IMG/VR virus record: IMGVR_UViG_3300030329_003041
Location: 1,795 to 65,794 of that record
Length of the DNA stretch: 64,000 nucleotides
Strand: one strand, 5' to 3'
Origin: a virus
Taxonomy: Duplodnaviria > Caudoviricetes
Below are positions 38,001 through 47,068 of the stretch, piece by piece. The notes below the pieces were generated by a model. The model was given only the letters and a program-made list of their open reading frames with translations, was not told the DNA's origin and searched no databases. Made by a program: the position numbers and the translations under genes. Within the stretch, counting starts at the first letter, position 1. The number at the start of each line of letters is the position of its first letter.

Positions 38001-40686
38001 TCAACCTAGTGATAATTTAGTTGCTACTACAACAAAAAGAATAGGTAAATCCTTACATGTATATGAAACCGACGTAAAAACTGGGGATAAAAAATTAGTT
38101 CAAGAGCAGCTTGGAACTAGTGCTAATGAAGGACCTGTTATAAATTATGAGTACTTTGCAAATACGGTTGATAAATATTACATGACCATGAAAAATGGTG
38201 AAATTGATTCTAAAGTTACTAGAGTTACAGAAGGACATAGACCGGATGAAATGAAATCGATTGAGATAATTGAAACTGAAGGTAGACCAGGAATGATAGT
38301 TTTAAGTAACATAAAGTTAGATAAAAGATCTGAAATGTTAGGAATCACTACTTTACAACAAGAGAACTTATCAAAAGATCAAGCTCGTAGAGCTCAAGAA
38401 AATGATGCAGGTATATCAAGTGAAACTGAAATTACAGGAATTGCTGAAATAGCAACTGGTCCTTTTGAAGCTTATCTAGGAAAAGAAGTTACAGTGAAAA
38501 AAACTGTTTATAGAGATATGGTTCATTCAAGAAAAGTAACCGTAGATGGTGTAAATATTAAATACTCTAAAAACCTTAATCAGTCTATAAATGAAATGAT
38601 CGAAAGATCAAAAGGTATATCTGCTGATGAAGTTATATCTGAGGCTAAAGCTAAGAAAAGAGGTAAAGGTAAAAATAGATTCCTAACATTTATACCGCCT
38701 TCAGCAGATGACTTTGTTGGACTTATGTATTATATGTTAGGCAAAGGAAAACAAGGTGATGCTGATATGCAGTTCTTTAAAGAAAACTTAATTGATCCTT
38801 TCTCTAAAGCGTATACAGAGCTTGATGCAATGAGAATATCAATATTAAATGGTATTGATAAATTAAATAAATCTGAACTTTCTAGACCTGTATTTAAAAA
38901 GTTGAAGAAGAAAATGCCTAATAGTGATTATACTTATGAAGATGCTATTAGAGTTTATTTATTTGATAAACATAATCATAATATACCTGGTTTATCGAAC
39001 GAAGAAGTGGCTAACTTAGTAGGTAGAGTAAATGCAGATCAAGAACTTGTTTTGTACGCGGAATCTCTAGATGCTATAACACAATCAGATGCTTATATAG
39101 ACCCAAAAGATTATTGGACTGCTGGTAGCATAGCCGGTGACGTTAATAGAATTGTTGAAGGTGTACATAGAAAAAACTTATTAAGTAATTGGAAAGCCAA
39201 TAAAGATGAGATATTTTCTAAAGACAATTTAAACAAACTAGAAGCTGCTTATGGAACTGAATACAGAGAAGCTCTTGAAGATATGTTACATCGTATGGAA
39301 ACTGGTGTTAGTAGAACAACTGTTCAAGGTAAGGATAATCTTACAAGACGTGCTGTTAATTTTATAAATGGATCTATTGGTGCTATAATGTTCTATAACA
39401 CTAAATCAGCAGTACTTCAAACAATATCTATGGTGAATTACATAAATTGGGAAGAGAACAATATGTATGCTATTGGTAAAGCTTTTGCAGATCAAAAGCA
39501 GTTTTGGGAAGACTTTTCTATGATATGGAATTCTGATTATCTAAAATCAAGAAGAGCTGGATTGAAAACAGATATACAGCATGAAGAATTAGCTTCAGTA
39601 GTTGGTAATGCAACTAATAAAGCACAAGCCGCTTTGGCTTACTTACTTAAAAAAGGTTTCGCACCTACACAGGCAGCAGATAGTTTTGCTATTGCAATAG
39701 GTGGTGCTGCTTTTTATAGAAATAGAGTTAATAAACTCATGAAGGAAGGTATGACTAAAGCTGAAGCTGAAGCTCAGGCTTTTATAGATTTTAGAGAAAT
39801 TAGTGAAGAGACTCAACAATCTGCTAGACCAGATAGAGTATCTCAACAACAAACATCTACAGCAGGTAGACTTATATTAGCTTTTCAAAACGCACCAATG
39901 CAATTTAACAGGTTAATGAAAAAAGCTGTTTTAGACTTGCAAGCAGGTAGAGGTAATTGGAAAACTAACGTTAGTAGAATAGCTTATTATGGGGCTATAC
40001 AAAACATAATATTCTTAAGTTTACAACAAGCCGTATTTGCTTTAGCATTTGAAGATGATGATGAAAATTTAACTGTTGAAGAATTAGAGAAAAGAAGAAA
40101 GTTCGAAGAGAATAAAAAAATTCGTTTGCTAAATGGTATGTTTGATACTCTAGCTAGAGGTTCTGGTATAAGAGGAGCTACGCTTGCTTGGATGAAGAAT
40201 GTTGGTCGTTCTTGGTATAGAAGAGATGATGATATAGATTTTTTAGTTGAAGTAGCACAAATCTCGCCTCAAATAGGTTCTAGAGCTAGAAAAATACGAA
40301 GAGGTCATAGGTCAAGAGAGTGGGATGAAGATGCTATAGGTCAAATGTCTTTATTAGATACTAAGAATCCTATATATTCAATATATGCACCATTAGTGGA
40401 AGGATTTACTAATATACCTTTAAGTAGATTGTTAACCAAAACAAACAATTTAAGAGAGGCAGCTAATTCCCAGCATGATCCTTGGCAAAGAGCAGTTATG
40501 GCTTTAGGTTGGAGTCCTTGGGACGTAGGAGTAGATACTAGTGAAGCTGTTGACGAAGCTAAAAAAGAGCATAGAGCAAAGGAAAGAGCTAAAAGAGTTG
40601 GATGTTCTGCTCGTACTGTTAGCGGAGCTAAATGTAGAAACTTAGCTAAACCTGGTACTAAGCGCTGTACTGTACATACTAGGTAG
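32092..40686 (+). CDS. giant multidomain putative ejected virion protein (zincin HExxH, sigma-70 region-2-like domain, C-terminal Zn finger)
   Basis: 2864 aa; THELGH at ~35047-35064 with downstream EE; sigma-like segment ~35620-36015; C-terminal C-x9-C-x10-C-x2-H; position typical of large ejection proteins. Confidence 0.8.
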   Translation: MPEYLFGTDVFTEEEVKQRADQLGVTLDEYLKLNPEVKLSDAGKQKGTAVTGPVAVSGTGSKSVSGSSEPPKIHSWLDDEFAVKSFFDQEDERAVEELRVRYPDFEFSEVIFMATDRGGSFAGVKITSPDGEDSIEIELNLDGMASLKGEVPYDGETAKLKSFIDKHRTEEFDKKYEIKRQQISDFTSRLNKAVSLTTEEREEVDGKFPSTDIFDPITPDRTEGKYKHYGSPDLIYPHRKLLDDIYKELLKSNDKDIADLMKDPTRREQAREYVEEVALIRLRSEEELKIKKNKVKGLYIEAKNNAGRKRGVEGNEWVLGVKMSELLKSVWDPKVDPKELEGFLTVGSQNFLSDYTEKITLSEVQHNDVLNLKSKLDAFTEKLQDPKHKFELTEDDVQLQLNNGNIISEREFNQYNNNVNVFNQELSNFKQTLVELAEEGSNVKDVNQRLALARKNYGILNKMAVKTGAAFIDFYANMSMGTSENPEQQKVLTEIKAMTAGLRANYRDAVEFNDAFSSVSNFFEWTMTDMLTEQAPIIAALASGPVGYVSLGGSVFGEKYSRMTIEDIEAEVAAEAFGIESKKRSILEKVVVAGAYTAPELILDYYFTGARIRGIQSMSKVKGAPRTIENIRDPKHLKRIVGAIGYNTVIDAWGGGSSEAVTQIIQNAIDGVPLSSHLAEAFVSGVLLDAGLGSIPSIKGVYLATMSDNVAYEFINEQQAIIEKYAGYTNSISPALREIAIPKVEEAVKKRNEAIEELESKIFGTGKHRGLSQEGARKFYNIRGKMETLRTKYDNLLKDNNLGLSEDAKTEELNKLKLEFEAWQSYEQDMLKNNFSHKAQWKIFLHENPKKAQKYIDAAAKKLKLKKAVVTDEQIKEEARIIYNLEQIEKDIKRAKKHNLLGDLKVIRSREEWEVWVKEKILPDVRRIGLKEVKSDADMQKLADYQEIVKAYDRGDHGFNLGEGRYSQSIIITDNMAKDNKLEVRTHELGHAFAAEAFKQNPELFSGMAQAILDWAEVNDQALYNRLTTRVDGIEVERDAQGRLLAEEVFTNFLEEVAGNRIDFSKTSNRGLRSIFGFGVSQTMQDKFGIDIDLAGVNDVVGMAVAIAQKIKQGKITQTDINKASESEAAKLAKKRGEQLVRAGVFAVSDKIQKSAKIQKKIDALPDNYNLESWQKEGADAAIVESYGNLESLIRSEIYRFKNLPNFSEEDFVSTSLIGLMQHMRRFNPWKEKFKNGNPNPIFAALVEAGVKKDEIPKMTWGEIKSKLSPSLLGKYGLSGWTNSQLNNKILDALKSKEVTTQTYSIDESADTFKEQVAEEDVLETFEEENISIQAQIRERNLSQREGGEHEYSKFRREIEFNGEKGISDKMKQAIEAKTLEILSSPKYIDLPFDIISKNLQKDLEVALKNIVQKEMGTESDYLDFLMKNKNIILKNLDIKSLVAMERQIDSKDKIMTEFVKRLTTQKDVQDAIDNGWLAHVDNPAQGPNLYKVLDPSTSDYLKFYNPPPTIESTKRVKQWDAMSDAAKQQLADATGKTLEQARKQFVEVRNMKKGERKKTLAERIAGQLAFDATMQVVQSKAFAAMREKAGKPVLAQAKIAELARRIDRGIDVKFSKKIVSQGTAAMAADLINDAIKKNSITSDINLTRKPIYKLFSKEDKQLAVDLADLLLKNAKIESELVKLEKFADKPNVKRLLELHNMNIDEAIDSPNKDAYLSIKYSKKNRDQYIARLKKKRPDIAAEAEKQVDAVFDFVDVGVETGQIPPKKKSKFEKLAFHYLLSGYVKLPEDSYKIIEAERLATVKKEDPFSYRNPNEIIERFADEVKTKVERTNPDKVKELSNKKLVEGKVKGVTVYDIENSKAGQIALRKIVDTHWGEKSNPWCIVARAMPPSIAEEIDAEFGEQIDDIFEQIVESETFQEEQQFGELTASFDHWKTYNYAGNGFKLSFVDGKLNSFRDGNNKQWWNRMDQPSDNLVATTTKRIGKSLHVYETDVKTGDKKLVQEQLGTSANEGPVINYEYFANTVDKYYMTMKNGEIDSKVTRVTEGHRPDEMKSIEIIETEGRPGMIVLSNIKLDKRSEMLGITTLQQENLSKDQARRAQENDAGISSETEITGIAEIATGPFEAYLGKEVTVKKTVYRDMVHSRKVTVDGVNIKYSKNLNQSINEMIERSKGISADEVISEAKAKKRGKGKNRFLTFIPPSADDFVGLMYYMLGKGKQGDADMQFFKENLIDPFSKAYTELDAMRISILNGIDKLNKSELSRPVFKKLKKKMPNSDYTYEDAIRVYLFDKHNHNIPGLSNEEVANLVGRVNADQELVLYAESLDAITQSDAYIDPKDYWTAGSIAGDVNRIVEGVHRKNLLSNWKANKDEIFSKDNLNKLEAAYGTEYREALEDMLHRMETGVSRTTVQGKDNLTRRAVNFINGSIGAIMFYNTKSAVLQTISMVNYINWEENNMYAIGKAFADQKQFWEDFSMIWNSDYLKSRRAGLKTDIQHEELASVVGNATNKAQAALAYLLKKGFAPTQAADSFAIAIGGAAFYRNRVNKLMKEGMTKAEAEAQAFIDFREISEETQQSARPDRVSQQQTSTAGRLILAFQNAPMQFNRLMKKAVLDLQAGRGNWKTNVSRIAYYGAIQNIIFLSLQQAVFALAFEDDDENLTVEELEKRRKFEENKKIRLLNGMFDTLARGSGIRGATLAWMKNVGRSWYRRDDDIDFLVEVAQISPQIGSRARKIRRGHRSREWDEDAIGQMSLLDTKNPIYSIYAPLVEGFTNIPLSRLLTKTNNLREAANSQHDPWQRAVMALGWSPWDVGVDTSEAVDEAKKEHRAKERAKRVGCSARTVSGAKCRNLAKPGTKRCTVHTR

Positions 40687-40707
40687 TTAGCAAATCACTA
40701 TAAACGT

Positions 40708-40718
40708 GTAAATATATA
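40708..40718 (+). promoter_or_regulatory. putative late promoter element
   Basis: CGTGTAAATATATA upstream of 40760. Confidence 0.4.
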
Positions 40719-40759
40719 TACGTAGAATAAAGAAGAATTTTATTAATAAATAAACAATT

Positions 40760-41122
40760 ATGGCAACATTAAAACCAACATTGACTCTGACAAGCTCTGA
40801 CGCTTCTTCAGACTCATTAAATTTTACAGTAACTGACAGTTTAACTGTGACAGCACCTAGTGTTAACTTATCAAGATTATCTATAGGTACAAGTTCTCCT
40901 ACAGTTATTATTGCTAGTTCTGTAAGTTCACATCAATTCACTTATTTGATGAACACTGATAGTTCTAATATCATAACAGTAAGCACTGATGCTGGAGCTG
41001 CATATTGTACGTTAAATCCTGGTGAATTTGCGTTTTTACCTGTTAAAGGTACTGTAGGTTTAGAGGTTCAAGCTAACGGATCTGCTTGTGTTTTAGAATA
41101 CGCATATTGGGCTAGATCATAA
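40760..41122 (+). CDS. putative structural protein
   Basis: 120 aa, Ser/Thr-rich beta protein, LNPGEFAFLP. Confidence 0.7.
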   Translation: MATLKPTLTLTSSDASSDSLNFTVTDSLTVTAPSVNLSRLSIGTSSPTVIIASSVSSHQFTYLMNTDSSNIITVSTDAGAAYCTLNPGEFAFLPVKGTVGLEVQANGSACVLEYAYWARS

Positions 41123-41125
41123 TAT

Positions 41126-41581
41126 ATGAGACTTAGTAAGAATTTTACTTTACGAGAAATTACTCGTAGTAATACTGCTAAAAGGTTAGGTATAGATAAT
41201 GAGCCGACTAAATTACATATGGAGAATATGCAAAGGCTTGTATCTAATCTTATTCAACCTATGCGTGACGAGTTGGGTCCTATTAGGATTACTAGCGGTT
41301 ATCGTTCCCCGTCACTTAATCGTGCTATTGGTGGTAGCACTAAATCGCAACATTGTAAAGGTGAAGCACTTGATCTTCAGTTTTGGAAAGAAGGTCGAAT
41401 GTGTAATGAAAAAATATATGAATGGATTTTAAAGTCAGGATTAGATTTTGATCAGATGATTAATGAATTTGATTTTGCCTGGATACATATATCTTTGAAG
41501 AAAAAAAATAATAGAAAGCAAGTATTAGAAGCATATAAAGATGATGATGGTGATACTGCTTATAAACATGCTCAAGTGTAG
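41126..41581 (+). CDS. endolysin, peptidase M15A family
   Basis: LSKNFTL.E, SGYRS..LN, SQH..GEALD, WIHIS zinc motifs. Confidence 0.9.
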   Translation: MRLSKNFTLREITRSNTAKRLGIDNEPTKLHMENMQRLVSNLIQPMRDELGPIRITSGYRSPSLNRAIGGSTKSQHCKGEALDLQFWKEGRMCNEKIYEWILKSGLDFDQMINEFDFAWIHISLKKKNNRKQVLEAYKDDDGDTAYKHAQV

Positions 41582-43272
41582 TGAAATGGATAGGTCAACA
41601 TATATGGAGTTTTATATCTAGGTTTAGAAGTGATGTTTACTTAGAAAGTATAACCGATCCTGGTTCTGATACTGATAAATTTTTAGTAATTGATGCGAAT
41701 AAAAAAATTGGTTATAGAACAGGATCAGAGGTATTATCTGATATTGGGGGTACACCTTTAACAACAGAGCAAGTACAAGATATAGCAGGAGCATTAGTAG
41801 CAACTGGTGGTACTAAAACAGGTATCTCTGTAACATACCAAGATAGTACAGGAGATATGGATTTTGTTGTAGATGATCTTCATAATGTTGGTGTAGATGG
41901 TTCTGCTAATCAATTACTAACTGATGACGGTGATGGTTCAATTACTTCTGAATCTACTTTAACTTATGATTCTGAAACACTAACTATAGGTGCTGATGAT
42001 GAGGGGGAAGTTATTATAGCAAGAAAAACTCACTCTGATAATTTTGGTGGGGTTATGAGTGTAAAAGGAGGTTCAGCTACAGGTACTGATAAAAGCGGAG
42101 GAAATTGTAATCTTTATGGAGGTCAAGGAACAGGAACGGGAGTTGGTGGAACTATTAACTTAACCGTTTACAAGCCTGCGGGTAGTACTGGCTCATCTAA
42201 TAATACTACAGAATCTACATTAACTTTTAGTGGTGTTGATGCAAGTCTTCAAATACCAGGGGATTTATTAGGTCCTAGAGATACTGATATGTACCTTAAG
42301 TCTGACGGTAATATGGTATTTGGTCTTGATACTGATAATGATGAAACAAGTCAGAGTTTTTCTTTTAGAAATAATAACAGTGTAGAAATAGCAAACTTAG
42401 ACGAATCAGGTAATCTTCAAATAGATGGAGATTTAACGGTATCAGGAAATGATATTAAAGATGATGATGGTACTACTTGTATAACTTTTGACTCTAGTGG
42501 TAATACAACTATAGCAGGAACTCTAGCTGTAGGAGATATAGATGTAACATCTGTAGCAGGACAATCATTAACTCTTACTGCAGGTGAATATGATAATCCT
42601 ATGGATGTAGTTGGTGGTGATTCTAAAGTTTTTATAAGATATAGAGATAATTCTACTGCAGGTACAAACGTGATTGGTTTTGGTGCTCTTGGAGATGATG
42701 CTTATTTTAGAAATGATGAAGGTAGTTTTAAATTTTATGTAGCTAATGATGCCACGGTAGGTGCTGAATTAGATCAATCAGGTAATCTTGAAGTGAGTGG
42801 TAAAATTACAACAACTCATGATTATCATGCAACAACATTTGAAAATCAAATTGCAGATGATGTAGGAACTGGAAAAATTCTGAAATATTCGCCTGGTGCA
42901 AATGATACTTTAAACGGTTCAGAAATATATTTTCTGCATACAGATGGTACTTGGGATCAAGCTGATGCTGATAATGTTGCTACTGGAGCTTCACAAATAT
43001 TAGGTGTTGGACTAGGAGGATCGTCACAGACTGTGGGAGTGTTAATTGAAGGTTTTATTAGAATAGCATCTACAGAAATATTAAATACACCTGGTTCTGG
43101 AGCAGTAGATGGACTACCCCTTTATGTTTCAACAACACCTGGTCACTTTGATTTTACAGCTCCATCTGGTACTGCTGATTTTGTAAGGATAGTAGGGTAT
43201 GCAATTGATGATAATGGTGGTGATGTTTTAGTTTATTTTAATCCAGATAAAACTTGGGTAGAAGTATCATAG
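41581..43272 (+). CDS. tail fibre protein
   Basis: 563 aa, Gly/Thr/Asp-rich, internal LD.SGNL repeats, GTG start overlapping the previous stop. Confidence 0.75.
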   Translation: MKWIGQHIWSFISRFRSDVYLESITDPGSDTDKFLVIDANKKIGYRTGSEVLSDIGGTPLTTEQVQDIAGALVATGGTKTGISVTYQDSTGDMDFVVDDLHNVGVDGSANQLLTDDGDGSITSESTLTYDSETLTIGADDEGEVIIARKTHSDNFGGVMSVKGGSATGTDKSGGNCNLYGGQGTGTGVGGTINLTVYKPAGSTGSSNNTTESTLTFSGVDASLQIPGDLLGPRDTDMYLKSDGNMVFGLDTDNDETSQSFSFRNNNSVEIANLDESGNLQIDGDLTVSGNDIKDDDGTTCITFDSSGNTTIAGTLAVGDIDVTSVAGQSLTLTAGEYDNPMDVVGGDSKVFIRYRDNSTAGTNVIGFGALGDDAYFRNDEGSFKFYVANDATVGAELDQSGNLEVSGKITTTHDYHATTFENQIADDVGTGKILKYSPGANDTLNGSEIYFLHTDGTWDQADADNVATGASQILGVGLGGSSQTVGVLIEGFIRIASTEILNTPGSGAVDGLPLYVSTTPGHFDFTAPSGTADFVRIVGYAIDDNGGDVLVYFNPDKTWVEVS

Positions 43273-43273
43273 T

Positions 43274-43981
43274 ATGGCAACAGTATATGCAAATAGTAAC
43301 GATGGAGCGGTTTACTCATCTAATCAAAGTAGTTGGTCTGATGCTCATAGTATAAGTTCTGGTACAGCAGATAGTAATGATACTTATTCTGGTATTAATA
43401 CTGTTGCTGGAGTATACAGAAATGTTGGAGGTAGAGGATCTGCGTATAGAGTTCATAGATTATTCTTTTATTTCGATACCTCTGGGATCTCAGGAACAGT
43501 AAGTGCGGCAACATTAAAATTATACGGTGTAAACCCGTCAGGAGTTGAGACCACTAAAAATGTTATAGCAGTTAAAAGTACAGCTCATGGTGGAGATGGA
43601 GGTACAGCCCTACATAACGATGATATAAACAATATAGATGTTAGTACTCCTTACTCGTCTCAAACGTCATCATGGACTACTAGTGGCTATAATGACATAA
43701 CATTAAACGCTACAGCTAGAGGACATATGGCCTCTCAAGACTATCTTTTGGTGGCTATAATAAACTACGAGTATGATTACTCTAATACAGATCCAGGTGT
43801 TAATGCTTCATACTCTAACGGTGTATACTTTACAGATTATTCAAGTACAAGTAGAGACCCTTATATAGACTATACTGTAGTAACAGGATACGGTAATAAA
43901 GTGATAAATGTTGCCTCAGCTAATATTGGTAAAGTAAAAGGAGTAGCAACAGCAAGTATTGATAAAGTAATAGGAGTTTAG
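43274..43981 (+). CDS. tail fibre-associated protein
   Basis: 235 aa; FDTSGISGTVSAATLKLY; C-terminal KV.GV repeats. Confidence 0.7.
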   Translation: MATVYANSNDGAVYSSNQSSWSDAHSISSGTADSNDTYSGINTVAGVYRNVGGRGSAYRVHRLFFYFDTSGISGTVSAATLKLYGVNPSGVETTKNVIAVKSTAHGGDGGTALHNDDINNIDVSTPYSSQTSSWTTSGYNDITLNATARGHMASQDYLLVAIINYEYDYSNTDPGVNASYSNGVYFTDYSSTSRDPYIDYTVVTGYGNKVINVASANIGKVKGVATASIDKVIGV

Positions 43982-43983
43982 AT

Positions 43984-44376
43984 ATGAGTGGTAAAATAGA
44001 TACAGTTACAATAGATACTCATAGATTATGGGTTAATATAGGTCAGAAAAATATAAAAGAATTAAGTATTAGTAACACTGGTGGTGTCCAATGTACTTTT
44101 GATCTCGTTTTAGGTCCAAATAGTTTAGCTGGTCAAGGAGCTTCTGATACAGGTGCAATTTATTTTTTGCAAAATATGGTAATACCTGTAGCAGCTACTT
44201 TAGTATTAGATGAGCAATGGTTTGAAAATGTTTTTAGTGCTGGTATGACTATATATACTAATAGTATATCAAGTGGACAATTGACTAGAACAGCTATGAG
44301 TGATCCTAGATTTTTAGTAAGATGTGGGGAAGCAAGTGCTGCTGAAGAGGTTGCTTTAATTATACTTAGAAAATAA
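43984..44376 (+). CDS. hypothetical (virion-associated) protein
   Basis: 130-aa ORF. Confidence 0.65.
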   Translation: MSGKIDTVTIDTHRLWVNIGQKNIKELSISNTGGVQCTFDLVLGPNSLAGQGASDTGAIYFLQNMVIPVAATLVLDEQWFENVFSAGMTIYTNSISSGQLTRTAMSDPRFLVRCGEASAAEEVALIILRK

Positions 44377-44381
44377 AAATT

Positions 44382-44594
44382 ATGGAAATATTTAAAAACG
44401 ATAATGCATGGAACGAAAAAGCTGTAGTTGGATTTATAGCTTTTGCTGTTATGTGTATGATTATGGTAGCTGACTTAGTCACAGGATGGGTTGGACAAGA
44501 TTTAGTTATAAACGAATATGTATACAACTCGTTTGTTTGGGTTGTTCTTGGTTGCTTTGGTATATCAGGTGTTGAAAAATTTGCTAAGAAATGA
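44382..44594 (+). CDS. small 2-TM membrane protein, holin-like
   Basis: 70 aa, two hydrophobic helices, EKFAKK end. Confidence 0.6.
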   Translation: MEIFKNDNAWNEKAVVGFIAFAVMCMIMVADLVTGWVGQDLVINEYVYNSFVWVVLGCFGISGVEKFAKK

Positions 44595-47068
44595 GAAAGT
44601 TTATTTATATATTTTTATTATTTAGTTTAACAGCAAACGCTCAAGATACTATCTTGGATTGCTTTGGAACAGTAGCGCCTACCTCTTGGCTAGGCGACGG
44701 TTTTTGCGATGACGGTTCTTACACATGGAACGGAAATGTGATAGATTTTAACTGTGAGGAGTTTGGGTATGATGCAGAAGATTGTCCATTACCTATAGAT
44801 ACTATACCAGGTTGTATGGATATGTTAGCGTTGAACTATGTGCCTGAAGCCAACTTTAATGATGGCTCATGTGAATATCCTGTATTTGGGTGTATAGATC
44901 CAGCATCTGTAAACTACAATCCATTAGCTGAAGTAGATGATGGTAGTTGTGCTAATGTTGCTTGTGCTGATGGAGAAGCTAAAATGCTTTTTGAGGTTAC
45001 ATTAGATCAATATCCTGGAGAAACAGGATGGATACTAACAGATATATCTAATGGTCAGCCAGTAGCAAGCGTAATGCCAGGTGAATATTCTTATGACCAA
45101 GCTAATACAACAATACCTTATGAATTTTGTGTACCTGAAACTGGTGTGGAACTTATATTAAGTGATACATATGGTGATGGTATGGCTGGTTCCTTATGGG
45201 GTGGCTCAGATGGTAATTTTATAATACTAGCTGATTTAGAACCTTGTGGTAGTCCTGATGTTATTTGGGAACTGCCAGATCCTAATTTTGGTGGTGCTGC
45301 TTACTCTGGACCTATATGGCTAGAGCATTGTGATATACCTATTGAGTATGGATGTACAGATAGTGGCTATATAGAGTTTAATCCTAACGCTCAGGTTGAC
45401 GATGGTAGTTGTGAAACCGAACACATTGTAGGTTGTATTAATTGGACAGCTTATAATTACAACCCTGAAGCTACACTTAATCATATAGTGCCTGTATGTG
45501 AATACCGACTTGTTATTGAAGATGATGCTGCTGATGGGTGGGGTGATTCGCACATAGCTGTAACTCAAGGAGACAGTTTAATTGGAATTTATTCAATGGA
45601 GCCTGGAGAATATGACACAGTATTTTTTATAAATTTACGAACAGATATTCCTGTTCAAATTAGATATTTTGAAACTGGTCCTCCGCAAGTACCTCAAGAA
45701 GAACTTGAGTTTCAAACAATGCATAATTCGTTTTTCTTATTCAATGAAAATGTAGATTTATTAATATCAGGCGGAGCAGTTCCTTTTGCTAATAATGGAG
45801 CTGGAGCTTTACAACCTTTTGAGCCGCCATTTTGGCATGTTTATAATGCAATGCCTTATTGTGGTGATTATTGTATACCAACAGTTGAAGGTTGTATGAA
45901 TCAAAGCGCTTTTAATTACAATCCTGAAGCTAATACAGATATTGGCAATTGTATACCAATAATAGAGGGCTGCACAAATGAATTAGCATTTAATTATGAT
46001 TCGTCTGCAAATGTAGATGATGGAAGCTGTGACCCATATATTTATGGTTGTATGGATATAGAGGCATGGAATTACAACTCTTTAGCTAATGTCGCAGATG
46101 AATCTTGCTTGTATTTTGGTTGTACTGATGAGCTAGCTCTTAACTACGATAGTACTGCGAATGTAAACAATGATAACTGTATATATCCTATTCCTGGATG
46201 TACAAACCCAGACGCATTTAATTTTGAAGTAGATGCTAATGTTGATGACGGTAGTTGCATTCCCGTCTTAATAGGATGCATGGATCCTACAATGTTTAAT
46301 TATAATGATGAAGCAAATACAGCGAGCGATAATTGTATTCCTTTTATATTTGGGTGTACTGATACTACTGCATTTAATTATGACCCTGTTGCTAATACCG
46401 ATAATGGATCGTGTATAGCATTTTACTACGGTTGCACTGATCCTAGTGCATTTAATTATAACCCAGAGGCAAACACAGAAGATTTTTCCTGTGTTGATAT
46501 AGTATATGGCTGTACTGACAATACAGCATTTAATTATGATTCCTTGGCTAATACTGATAATGGAGGATGTATAGATGTCTTAGAAGGCTGCATGGATCCT
46601 TTAGCATATAATTATGATGCAGTATATAATACAGACGATGGAAGTTGCTTGTATGATGCAGGATGTATTGATGGTCCTGGTATACCATATTGGTTGAATG
46701 ATACATGCTACGCTTGGGTTATTATGATAGATCCTTATTGTTGTAATGATCAATGGGATGATAAATGTCAAGAACTTTATTGGAGCTGTGGTGGAAATAG
46801 TTCTTTAAATATAAATGAGTTAATGGAAGATAATGCAATTATTTTATATCCTAATCCTACTGAAGATATTATAAACATTACTAGTAAAGAAACTTTTGAA
46901 TTACAAGTTTTTGATATACTAGGAAATAGGGTTATTTATTGGAAAGTAGAATCTAATGGGTCTACAAAAACAATTAAAGTAGATATTAGTTTATTAGCAA
47001 GTGGTATATATAATTTTAATATAATTTATAACAATAATGTTATAACTAAAAAAGTAATCAAAAAATGA
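44591..47068 (+). CDS. secreted Cys-repeat protein with LNR/Notch-like domain and T9SS C-terminal sorting domain
   Basis: signal peptide; WLGDGFCD..NC..FGYDAEDC; ~14 GCxDxxAxNY..A..DDGSC repeats; LYPNP...DILG...L.SGIY...KKVIKK CTD. Confidence 0.88.
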   Translation: MRKFIYIFLLFSLTANAQDTILDCFGTVAPTSWLGDGFCDDGSYTWNGNVIDFNCEEFGYDAEDCPLPIDTIPGCMDMLALNYVPEANFNDGSCEYPVFGCIDPASVNYNPLAEVDDGSCANVACADGEAKMLFEVTLDQYPGETGWILTDISNGQPVASVMPGEYSYDQANTTIPYEFCVPETGVELILSDTYGDGMAGSLWGGSDGNFIILADLEPCGSPDVIWELPDPNFGGAAYSGPIWLEHCDIPIEYGCTDSGYIEFNPNAQVDDGSCETEHIVGCINWTAYNYNPEATLNHIVPVCEYRLVIEDDAADGWGDSHIAVTQGDSLIGIYSMEPGEYDTVFFINLRTDIPVQIRYFETGPPQVPQEELEFQTMHNSFFLFNENVDLLISGGAVPFANNGAGALQPFEPPFWHVYNAMPYCGDYCIPTVEGCMNQSAFNYNPEANTDIGNCIPIIEGCTNELAFNYDSSANVDDGSCDPYIYGCMDIEAWNYNSLANVADESCLYFGCTDELALNYDSTANVNNDNCIYPIPGCTNPDAFNFEVDANVDDGSCIPVLIGCMDPTMFNYNDEANTASDNCIPFIFGCTDTTAFNYDPVANTDNGSCIAFYYGCTDPSAFNYNPEANTEDFSCVDIVYGCTDNTAFNYDSLANTDNGGCIDVLEGCMDPLAYNYDAVYNTDDGSCLYDAGCIDGPGIPYWLNDTCYAWVIMIDPYCCNDQWDDKCQELYWSCGGNSSLNINELMEDNAIILYPNPTEDIINITSKETFELQVFDILGNRVIYWKVESNGSTKTIKVDISLLASGIYNFNIIYNNNVITKKVIKK
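45890..46650 (+). repeat. tandem ~26-aa GCxDxxAxNYxxxAxxDDGSC coding repeats
   Basis: ten consecutive units in the translation. Confidence 0.85.

Noticed and set aside
32092-40686. crAss-type virion RNA polymerase in the giant protein
   Set aside because: No DxDxD/DFDxD catalytic motif found in the translation; only zincin, sigma-like and Zn-finger motifs
45890-46650. CRISPR-like or DGR-like ~78-bp periodic repeats
   Set aside because: They are in-frame Cys-repeat coding units with synonymous divergence; no reverse transcriptase in the window
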